DNA of 64,000 nucleotides. Origin: Ascoidea asiatica JCM 7603 (taxonomy: Eukaryota > Fungi > Ascomycota). The translations under genes and the position numbers were made by a program. The notes below the pieces were generated by a model. That model saw only the letters and a list, made by a program, of their open reading frames with translations. It was not told the DNA's origin and did no database searches. Where the stretch lies: NCBI GenBank assembly GCA_001600695.1, contig BCKQ01000003.1, positions 652,003-716,002 on the forward strand, written 5' to 3'. Shown piece by piece: positions 34,834 to 44,223 of this stretch. Each line of letters begins with the position of its first letter. Position 1 is the stretch's first letter.

Positions 34834-36813
34834 ATGGATAATTCCACTTCAGTGATGGTCAATTCAAATAATGATCTAAATCCAGAAAATGATATTGATC
34901 ATGATGTAGATGGAATTGTGGATGATATCATAGATGAAATAGATAACGATATTTCAATTAGTTCTATTCATCCAATTGATAAACAAACTCTATCAAATAA
35001 TTTAAGTTCCTCAAATGGTATTATTCGACTTGGTTTATTTAATCCAAATTTTAGAAATATTATAATGAGTGATACTGATAATAACAAAGAAATTAATAAT
35101 AAAAATAAAATTGAATTGAATGATCTTAAAGAACAAAATGAAATTTTTGAAAAAAAAATCATTGATTTAAATTCAAAATTAAATAATCAATCAATTGAAT
35201 TAAAAACTTTAAATGATCAAATTTTAAATAATGAAAAATTAAAAAATAATAATTTAAATAAAATTAATGAATTAAATGATTTAAATTCAAATTTAAATAA
35301 AAGAATTGATAAAAAAAATCTTGAAATTTCAAAAACTAATGAGAAGAATCTAAAAACTGAAAAGACTTTAAATTTAAATGAAATAAAATTAAATTCAATA
35401 ACTGAAAAAAATGATAATTTATTAACTGAAAATGATAAATTGAATTTAAAGATTTCATTATTGAATAAAGATATTGAAATTTTAAATAAAGAAATTGAAA
35501 AATTAAGTAATGAAAAAAACTTATTAAATAAAAAAAATGAAGTTTCAATTAATGAAATTGAAAATTTTAAAAAAAATATAAATGATTTAAATTTCTTAAA
35601 AGATAATTTACAAATTAAATTAGATTCTCAATTAAAAATAAATTCGGAATTATCATTTAAATTAGAAAATGAATCTAAAAAAGTAATTGAAATTTCTAAT
35701 TCTATTCCTCCAGAAAAAATAATAACAAAAGAAGAATTAATGGAAAAAGCTAAAAAATTGGGTTATATTTTAATTAAAAGAATTGAAGAAGATGATATAA
35801 ATGATAGTAATCACGACAATAATAATAATAATAACAATAATAATGATACTCATAATGATATTCATAATGATAAGAATAGTTTAAGTCATAGTAATTATAG
35901 TGGGCTTACACCAATTCAATCTAAAAAATCAATTTCTCATTTAAGAAGTCCCTCAAGTAGTATTTCAACACCAACAAAAACTAATCATGATAGTCATATG
36001 ACAAAAGATGAAGCAAAAATATTATTAGAAAAAATTGAAAAAAGTTATGGAGATTTAAATTATAATAATTATAATAATTATTCTTATAAACAAAATGAAA
36101 ATGATTTAAAATTAATTTCAAAAGAAGAAGTTAATCAAATTAAAGATCTTCAAAAATTTTCAAAAGAATCAATTATGGAAGCTTTAGGTTATACAATCAT
36201 TGGAGAATTTATGTTCAAATCTTTTAATAAAAATTCTAATGAATTACATAAAAGATATTTTTCTTTAATACCATATGGAATAAATGGATTAACAATATAT
36301 TGGTGTGAAGAAAATTTTATATTAAATCAATTTAATAATAAAAATAATTTAAAAATTAGATCAATGATAATTGGTAGTATTGAAACTTCAAATATTAATG
36401 TTATAACAAGTAAAGATTCAAAATTATATAAAAAAGAAATAATTATACATTCAAGTGGTTTAAATAAAGAAAAAAATAAAGAGTTAAGATTAAGATGTGA
36501 TAATGAAATAAGTTTTAATATATGGCATAATATAATTAAATATTTAATTGAAGAAAGTAATGGAAAATTAATTTTAAATCATGGAAATAGTAATAGTATA
36601 TCAAGTGATAGAATTTCTTCAAATTCAAGTGATTCAAGTGATTCAAAAAGTATAAGTAAAGTATTCAAAGAAAGTAAAATGAAAAGAATTAGTTTCATTG
36701 GAAGAAGATCATCAGTATTAAATTCTAATAGAAAAAGTTCAATTGGTTCAAATCATCAAATTGATGGAAGTGCAAATCAAAGAAAATCCTCTTTGAATAG
36801 TCTCATAAATTAA
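34834..36813 (+). CDS. Short Num1/Mcp5-like cortical protein (coiled coil plus Mcp5-type PH domain)
   Basis: Long coiled coil, a Num1-repeat-like EELMEKAKKLGYILI, and EALGYTIIGEFMFK...HKRYFSLIPY..LTIYW resembling the Num1 PH domain. Confidence 0.65.
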   Translation: MDNSTSVMVNSNNDLNPENDIDHDVDGIVDDIIDEIDNDISISSIHPIDKQTLSNNLSSSNGIIRLGLFNPNFRNIIMSDTDNNKEINNKNKIELNDLKEQNEIFEKKIIDLNSKLNNQSIELKTLNDQILNNEKLKNNNLNKINELNDLNSNLNKRIDKKNLEISKTNEKNLKTEKTLNLNEIKLNSITEKNDNLLTENDKLNLKISLLNKDIEILNKEIEKLSNEKNLLNKKNEVSINEIENFKKNINDLNFLKDNLQIKLDSQLKINSELSFKLENESKKVIEISNSIPPEKIITKEELMEKAKKLGYILIKRIEEDDINDSNHDNNNNNNNNNDTHNDIHNDKNSLSHSNYSGLTPIQSKKSISHLRSPSSSISTPTKTNHDSHMTKDEAKILLEKIEKSYGDLNYNNYNNYSYKQNENDLKLISKEEVNQIKDLQKFSKESIMEALGYTIIGEFMFKSFNKNSNELHKRYFSLIPYGINGLTIYWCEENFILNQFNNKNNLKIRSMIIGSIETSNINVITSKDSKLYKKEIIIHSSGLNKEKNKELRLRCDNEISFNIWHNIIKYLIEESNGKLILNHGNSNSISSDRISSNSSDSSDSKSISKVFKESKMKRISFIGRRSSVLNSNRKSSIGSNHQIDGSANQRKSSLNSLIN

Positions 36814-36994
36814 TTTATTTGATTTATTTAATTTATTTTCCAGATTATTATGAAAAAAAGAAGACCCGCTGCTTTGGTCTCAAAAATAAGGCACGCATGC
36901 TATAACATAACCATGAAGCTAAGTGCATAAACCAAAAGTGGATTCCCTAAAAACATATATAAAATATAAAAAATATATAACTTAAAAAATATAT

Positions 36995-37661
36995 TCAAAT
37001 TAATGAAATTATTTCACCGGACTTTTCCCCAGGCCTTTTGAAAGAAGAACAAGTACTTTGAATAAAATGGGTATTATTTTCAAAATCAATCAAGAAATGA
37101 TCACATTTTCTTTTCATTTCATAATTAAAAACAAATTTGAATGAATTAATAAATAAAAAAAATAATGATTCAATAATCATAAATGAATAAAATTTAGAAT
37201 TAAACATTTTTATTGATTGAGAAATAAAAAAATTGAAAAAAAACAATTTTATGATAGAATGTTGAATATAAATTTCATTATAATCTAATCCAGGTATTAT
37301 GATACAATTATTTAAATCTTTTTCATTTTCTTTATAAGTTCTTAAATCTATACATTTTATAGAAATTGGAAATTGATTAGAAATGAAAATATTTGTAAAA
37401 TTCTTATCATCATTATTATTTTTATCAAAGTATTGAAATGATTCACGATTTGGGTAATTAAAAATATGAGATATATAAACCAATTTATAATTCCAAGTAG
37501 TTATTGAAATATCTGATTTTGTAATTAAATAGTTATTTTGATTTATGAAATTTATTATATTCAAGATTTTTTTATCTTTTAAAGAATTTATAATTTCAAA
37601 ATTTTACTAAACTAGTACCAACCATTAATAGTAAAACTAATTCATTATTAGATTCTGCCAT
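36995..37661 (-). pseudogene. Orphan ORF, apparently frameshifted near its 5' end
   Basis: The 189-aa frame starts at TTG with no upstream in-frame ATG. An AAAA-ATG at 37661 opens a short frame that would join it through a 1-nt shift around 37600. Confidence 0.3.
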
Positions 37662-37827
37662 TTTTGATCTTATTATTCATGTTATTACTCTTTTTATTCT
37701 CTTTATTCTTTTAGAAACTTTTCATTTATATTTATATAAAATTATTGATTGTTATACATATACAAACAATAGTTGCTCACTCAATAAAAGCAGGCTCCAC
37801 AAAAACGGTCTCGCAATTTTTTTGAAT

Positions 37828-37882
37828 TAGAGCCCTGATGGAAAGATGAAAAAACTCGTGACACGAAATTCAGCCCGGGTAA
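37828..37882. promoter_or_regulatory. snoRNA-cluster promoter: Tbf1-like AGCCCT and Reb1 CCGGGTAA
   Basis: TAGAGCCCT 37828-37836 and CCGGGTAA 37875-37882. Tbf1 and Reb1 sites typify S. cerevisiae snoRNA promoters. Confidence 0.6.
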
Positions 37883-38219
37883 ATTCATCTTTACAAGTTT
37901 CTGCTTCGTTTTCATCTCTTTTTTTCATATAAATTTTTGTTTCTCTTTTCACTTCCAAACTATTTTAAATGAAGAATAAAGAAGAATAAAAACAATAATA
38001 TTTGATTATCGATTATTTAATAGTCTTTGATTATATAGTTATCAGGATAATTTAGTCTTTTTTATAAGATTATTACCATTAATAGCTTTATTTATCAATT
38101 GATAAAAATGGGATATAGCTATGCAGATTATAGTAATTTAATGGAATAAATGGTATGTTTCTCAACTTCTTTTCAATCAAATAATAATAGTTAAATAAGT
38201 TTATTTTATGTTAATTTCG

Positions 38220-38294
38220 AAGATTATAAAACAATTGTTCCGACTGAATTTCATTGAAGACACAACATTATCGTTAAGTTTCAGCCTTGTATGA
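38220..38294 (+). ncRNA. SNR41: Box C/D snoRNA snR41 (18S Am541 and Gm1126)
   Basis: Guide CAATTGTTCC before D' CTGA (38244) is antisense to 18S GGAACAAUUG. Guide AAGTTTCAGCCTTG before D-like ATGA (38291) is antisense to 18S CAAGGCUGAAACUU. The +5 rule lands on the expected A and G. Confidence 0.88.
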
Positions 38295-38457
38295 GTTATT
38301 ATTAATCAATTATTCTTATTATTTACTATTAAATATTCAAACCTATTTTTTCTTTTTTTTTTTTTTTTTTTTTTTGAAATCCAAAACTAACATTAAATTA
38401 ATAGTATGTTTAAAAATTAATTTCAATTTGCTTTTATATTTTATCTTTTTTGTTTAA

Positions 38458-38590
38458 ATGAGGAAAGAAAACTTAGTGTCGGGCGGACATAATTTAGTTC
38501 TTTATCACTATTTCTTTGATTTAGTAGTCGCATCCTAAGTGTACAAAATTGGGTGTTGGTAGAGAATTATTGATGAATGACACATTCTGA
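38458..38590 (+). ncRNA. SNR70: Box C/D snoRNA snR70 (18S Cm1639)
   Basis: C-like ATGAGGA 38458. GGGCGG (38481) and GTGTACAAA (38539) are antisense to 18S UUUGUACACACCGCCC. C' TTGATGA 38570, D CTGA 38587. Lies between snR41 and snR51, as in S. cerevisiae. Confidence 0.82.
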
Positions 38591-38820
38591 TTCAAGATTT
38601 ATAAGGTTTATTAAATTTCAATTAATAACTTATAATAGTATTATGGATTATTAAATTTCTTCAATTATCAGAATCAAATAACTAACAATTCAATTTTCTT
38701 TTAGATTAGAGTATGTTAAAAATCAATCAAATCACGAAAAAGTTGCTTAATAGAAATATAAATGAGTTAGTTTGAAAATTTAGTTAATTTGATTATTCAA
38801 TCTTATTAACTGATTTCTAA

Positions 38821-38896
38821 ATGATGAACATTTTTATTCACACTGTATGATAATCCTTGATTACAAAAACAAAAACAACTGATTTAATGAATCTGA
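38821..38896 (+). ncRNA. SNR51: Box C/D snoRNA snR51 (25S Um2729 and 18S Am100)
   Basis: C ATGATGA 38821. Guide TATTCACACTG before D' ATGA is antisense to 25S CAGUGUGAAUA. Guide AACTGATTTAATGA before D CTGA (38893) is antisense to 18S UCAUUAAAUCAGUU. Short terminal stem. Confidence 0.92.
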
Positions 38897-39822
38897 TTTA
38901 AATAAACTAGCTCATTTATATTCCTAAGTGATTTTACTTTTTAATTTATCTTAAAAATGATTTTCTAACATTTTAGTTATAGTTTATATTTTTTTCCCTA
39001 TATATTTTGTCTCAATATAATTATCCTTTCTACATTTACAATTTTTACTTTCGGAGGAGTCATTTTTTCACTGCTTATTAAAATTTGACACATTTTTTGT
39101 ATCCATACTTTTTTTTATTACAAGGAGTTCTTTCTCTTTTTCATCTTAACCAAGCCAATTAAAAAAGCAATTGACTCATTTAAATTTCAGTTCTTATAAT
39201 CTTACTTCTCTTTATTACAATCCTTTACTTCTTTATTTATTATATCGCAAAATACTCATTAAATCTACATTTTTTCACTTCTTTTTTCTTTGTTTTCTTG
39301 TCTTCTCACTAACTATTTAAGCCGTTTTTGGCTTTAGATAAATTCTGGCCGCTTCTCGATTTCTATTGGCTGCCACCGTGTAACTCCCCAATCAATGCCC
39401 AACCACACTTTTTATCAAAACAACCATCAAAATTCAGTGAATATAAACAATTATCGAGGATTTTATCAGTAATTTATCAAATAATTATATATCAAAATCT
39501 ATATGTCAAGATAAGTATTGATATGAAAGCAACATAAAGATACTCATCTTACATTTTTCTTTCTTTGCTTACAGATTCCATTTATTTCTATTTTTTCCTC
39601 ACTTTTATAAAGTTCACTTCTAATTTCAATTTAGTTTCATTTACAAGTTTTGTTTTAAAGATAATTATTTACTTATATTTTATCTAAAGTAAACATATTA
39701 TATATAAACAAAGTGTCTTCTTTACTAAAGTATACCTATTATACCCTTTATACCCTTTATATCTTTATTTCTTCAAATTCTTATACCAATAATTATTACT
39801 ATTATTATAATCTATTTTAAAG

Positions 39823-41775
39823 ATGTCTATAAGTAATGCAAATGAATTGCTTGAAGCAAATTCAAATAATAATCAAAATTTTACTGAATATCATTTAGAC
39901 CAATATCCGGATGAATTAAATTCATTGAATAATTCTACAAATATAAATAATTATAAAAATGAAGCTGATGTTGTAGCTGAATCTTTATATGGAATTGTTG
40001 ATATTGGTTCAAATGGTATACGATTTTCAATATCTTCAACTGCTCCACATCATGCAAGAATAATGCCATGTTGTTTTAAAGATAGATTAAATCTTTCATT
40101 ATTTGATTCTCAATATAATTCGAATTCTTTAAATAATTCTGATAAAATTCCAATTCCAAATGATGTAATTAATGAAATTTGTAAATCTATGAAAAGATTT
40201 AAATTAATTTGTCAAGATTTTGGTGTTCAAAATCATAATGTTAGAGTTGTCGCAACTGAAGCAACAAGAGAAGCAAGTAATTCTGTTTTTTTCAGAGAAT
40301 CTATTTTCAATTCAACTGGTTGGAAAGTTGAATTATTATCAAAAGAAGAAGAAGGTAGAATTGGCTCTTTAGGTGTTGCATCTTCTTTTGATTCTGTAAA
40401 TGGTTTTTTTATGGATTTAGGTGGTGGTTCATCTCAATTAAGTTGGATTACAACAAAAAATGGTGTAATTAATATATCTAAAAATCCAATTTCATTACCA
40501 TATGGTGCAGCAGCTTTAACAAGAAGAATGAAAAATGAATCATTAAAAGATATTTTTTTAGAAATTAAAAATTCATATAAAAAAGCTTTAGAGATTTTAA
40601 GTCATGATATACCAGATTCATTAATAAAATTAGCTGAAAAAAATGATGGATTTGATTTATATGTTTGTGGTGGTGGTTTTAGAGGATTTGGACATTTATT
40701 ATTATCAGAAAATAAAAATTATCCAATTTCAACAATTATTAATGGTTATGGAGTTTCGTATAATGAATTTTTAAATTTAAGTAATTATCTTTTTGTTAAA
40801 CAATCTTTACCCAATAATAAAGATAATATAAGTTTATTTAGAATTTCTGAAAGAAGAAAACAACAATTACCTTCAGTTGGTTTATTAATTTCTGCAGCAT
40901 TTGATTCATTACCAAGATTTAATTCAATTTATTTTTCTCAAGGTGGAGTTAGAGAAGGTGCACTATTTGAAAAATTTTCTTCATCAATAAAAATTGAAGA
41001 TCCATTATTGATTTCAACAAGACCATATGCACCATTATTAGTTAATCAATATCTTAAATTATTAAGATCATCATTACCAAAGAATTATATACCAAAAGAT
41101 GTTTATAATAGGGTTGCACCAGGATTATGTAATTTAGCATTTGTTCATTGTGTTTATGCAAAAGAATTACAATCAACAGCAGCTTTACATGTTGCAACAA
41201 CAGGTGTGATTGCAAGTGCACACGGTTTATCACATAATATTAGAGCATTGATTGGTATAGCATGTTGTGAAAGATGGGGAGGAGATTTACCAGAAAATGA
41301 ATCAATTTTTAGAAATTCATTAATTAGTTTATGTATTGAACAAAATTCAAATAAAAAAGAAAGTTATCAAACAATATTTTGGACATTATTTATTGGTAAA
41401 ATAATGCATATAATTTGTGGTATTCATCCTGGTGGTAATATAAGAGATAGTCCATTAAAATTTAAAGTAAGTATTAAAAAAGATAATAAAGAAAATGATA
41501 TTAGTGAAAAGGAAAGTGGAACTGAGAAAGAAAGTGGAAATGAAAATGAAAATTCTAATGCAAATTCAAATCCAATTTTAGAACCATTACCAATATATTC
41601 ACCAATTAATCAAGATTATAAAATTGAAATTAAATTTATGATTATTAAAGATCATATAAAAGTTGGACAAAGTGTTAAAAATCGAATTAAGAAAGAAATA
41701 AAAAGAATACACAAATTAAGTAAAGTTTATAATATAAGGATTAAAGTTGAGACTGAATTTTTACAGAATTTTTAA
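39823..41775 (+). CDS. RTG2: Retrograde signalling protein Rtg2 (Ppx/GppA family)
   Basis: GIVDIGSNGIRFSISS..PHHARIMPC, ATEATREA, DLGGGSSQLSW and CGGGFRG; adjacent to HXK2, as in S. cerevisiae. Confidence 0.95.
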   Translation: MSISNANELLEANSNNNQNFTEYHLDQYPDELNSLNNSTNINNYKNEADVVAESLYGIVDIGSNGIRFSISSTAPHHARIMPCCFKDRLNLSLFDSQYNSNSLNNSDKIPIPNDVINEICKSMKRFKLICQDFGVQNHNVRVVATEATREASNSVFFRESIFNSTGWKVELLSKEEEGRIGSLGVASSFDSVNGFFMDLGGGSSQLSWITTKNGVINISKNPISLPYGAAALTRRMKNESLKDIFLEIKNSYKKALEILSHDIPDSLIKLAEKNDGFDLYVCGGGFRGFGHLLLSENKNYPISTIINGYGVSYNEFLNLSNYLFVKQSLPNNKDNISLFRISERRKQQLPSVGLLISAAFDSLPRFNSIYFSQGGVREGALFEKFSSSIKIEDPLLISTRPYAPLLVNQYLKLLRSSLPKNYIPKDVYNRVAPGLCNLAFVHCVYAKELQSTAALHVATTGVIASAHGLSHNIRALIGIACCERWGGDLPENESIFRNSLISLCIEQNSNKKESYQTIFWTLFIGKIMHIICGIHPGGNIRDSPLKFKVSIKKDNKENDISEKESGTEKESGNENENSNANSNPILEPLPIYSPINQDYKIEIKFMIIKDHIKVGQSVKNRIKKEIKRIHKLSKVYNIRIKVETEFLQNF

Positions 41776-41971
41776 ATAAATAATACATAAGTTCTTCAAT
41801 AGAATAAAAAAATAATATATATAATATAAATTTAGTTAATGATCAATAATTAATTGTAATTATTCGATTTATTCAGGACATCTTTGAAAAAAGGATTAAA
41901 AGGAATTATTTAAATATATTCTGATGATTAAAATCATGGGGTAAATTAAAGATAATTCAATTACGGATATT

Positions 41972-42360
41972 CGGAGAAACTATTTAATGGAATTAAGGAG
42001 AATTAATTCAAGATAAAAGGATTAAATGGATTGAACGGAAAAATTATTTTCTTATAATAACTTATATTAAATTAAATTAGATAATCAGGTCATGTATTTT
42101 AAAATAAAATTGTACTTTAGTTTGTAAAATACTTTTTTTATTCAAATCAAAAAATGGGGTTAAGGATTATTACAATTTTTGATTGGTTATTCTAGAAAGA
42201 TTGAGAGAATATGGAAAAATAAAGTTCAAACCAAATCTTGAAATATTTATCCGTCCGGAAAAACCACAAAAAGCTTAGTTTCAATTCAGTAGTGAAAAAA
42301 GTGAAATGATTTTTTCCGGTAATTGAATTGATCCGAAAGTTTAATAATGAAATTAATCCG
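41972..42360. promoter_or_regulatory. Cluster of seven Rgt1-type CGGANNA sites upstream of HXK2
   Basis: Plus strand: 41972, 42036, 42256. Minus strand: 42247-42253, 42312-42318, 42329-42335, 42354-42360. Confidence 0.65.
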
Positions 42361-43020
42361 CCCATTTTGAATTTAATATTCTTTAAAAGAATAAAAAAGG
42401 AATTAGAAAAGTATGATAATGAGAACTAAAACTGAAAATCATTTGCATGGAATTGAATTATTATAACATTATGATGATATTATGATGATATTTCAATAGA
42501 AATTTAGTTATTAAGTTTACTCTTTGTTTTTTATTTTAAACTCAAGTGAATTGAATATGGATATGAACATGAATATGAATAGCTATTTATCATCGACAGG
42601 TTAATGTAATGTACGAATAAGAAAATAAAGTAAATTTATAAATGACTTTTTTTGATAAAGGAGAAGTAAATTAAAGAGAATATCAATATTACTGTAGTGT
42701 AGTTCAATAAAATTATGGGGTCGTTAACTTGATTGTAAAAAGTAATTGACCCAATAAATGGGAAAACAGGAATTGATACTTTTAAAAAAAAATTACTCAA
42801 CTACAAAAGTCAATCGCAATAATTTAAGTGGTTTAAGTGGCTTAACCAGTCTAATTTAATTGAGATTGTGACAGCTGGCCAATAATCTATCTAAAGTTAT
42901 ATTTCTTAGCTCAATAATAATAATTTTTCAGATCCAAAACGTGGAGAATTTACTTTTTTTTATTATTTCAAGATTGAATAAGCACACAAAGCAGCTTATT
43001 CTTACCAGACTCTTTGATTT

Positions 43021-43091
43021 TCTTTCTGTTGCTTCTTATACTTCTGCTGCTTCTTCTTCTTCTTCTGCTTCTGCTGCTCTTGTTGCTGTTC
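43021..43091. repeat. Degenerate (CTT/CTG)n trinucleotide tract in the HXK2 upstream region
   Basis: Visible run cttctgctgcttcttcttcttcttctgcttctgctgctc; it explains the poly-Leu ORF at 43014. Confidence 0.75.
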
Positions 43092-44223
43092 TTTGAATCT
43101 TTCCTCTTTGTGACTCACTCGCCACATCCCACATTCATTCCACATTCAAATAATGCTTCACATTGCACTGCCACATATGCACGGCTGCTGCTTCCGTCAA
43201 GTGCTGTTCTTTTCCGTGGCCGTGGATTTCCCCCAAAATCCCCAAACCTCTCCACAAAGTACTACAAAATCTCACAAACCTCCAGAAATTCCCCACGGAA
43301 CCTCTGCGGATTCTCGGCCGACAACTCCTCCGGCTGCAGTATCACACGTCTTAAAACCTCCACAAACGCCAGTTTTTTCTCGTGGGGAGCTGGCAGCGCA
43401 GAGCTGAAAATGCCGAGATTTTTGTCATTTTGTCATTTTGTAAATTTGGTTTTTTGATAATTTTCTCATTTGCAACAACGAAACAACAAAACAACAAATG
43501 ATAACTCCAGCTGGCTTTGATTTGAATAAATAAAATGAGTAAAAGAAATATAATCAATAAATTATTTTAATTCACTTCTATCAGAGTGACGCTTGATAAA
43601 CAACCATTGAAATTTAATTTGAAATTGAAAAAAAAAGTAAAAAAGAAACTGAAATTGAAATATTTTTGAAAAATTTCCCATTTTCCATATTAATTTATTT
43701 CCCAAAATCCCAAACATATTCAAATATTCAAATAATTTTATTCCCTTTCACTTCTTTTGATTCTTTTATGTTTTATTCAAAAAAAAAGAATAAAGAAAGA
43801 TTAATTTGAAACTTATTTTCAAAAAGAAATACTAACATAGTTATTAATTATTCATTATTCATTATTCATTCATTGGAATTTTAATTTAAATTTTAACGTT
43901 AATTTTTTAAATTTAAATTATTTTACTCTTAAAATCTTAACTTTACTTAATAATATTTTTAAAGAATATTATAATTTATCATATATCATAAAATATCATT
44001 AAATATCATAATATAATATAATATTTATTATAATTTATATAAAAAGATTTTAAATTGTCTTATTATCACTCTTTACATAAAATATAATATTATTCTTTAC
44101 ATCTCAATCAAATTATTTATATCTCATAATATCTCATATTATCTCATTCAAACTTATATATTACAATAATAAGTTAATCAAACAAACAAACTATCAATCA
44201 ATAATCAATTAATCAATATTAAA

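Larger units (their letters stand above)
38153..38976 (+). ncRNA. Non-coding snoRNA host transcript with three introns (transcript ends unknown)
   Basis: Intron 1 38153-38404 (GTATGT, AACTAAC 38385, TAG). Intron 2 38404-38704 (GTATGT, AACTAAC 38680, TAG). 6-nt exon 38705-38710. Intron 3 38711-38976 (GTATGT, TTCTAAC 38963, TAG). One snoRNA per intron and no meaningful spliced ORF. Confidence 0.8.

Noticed and set aside
38108-38152. 13-aa ORF MGYSYADYSNLME, or ATG-then-intron as a protein-coding first exon
   Set aside because: Spliced products stop within a few codons; the introns are explained by the snoRNAs.
43014-43557. Overlapping ORFs upstream of HXK2
   Set aside because: Produced by a CTT/CTG tract and a GC-rich promoter island with few stops.
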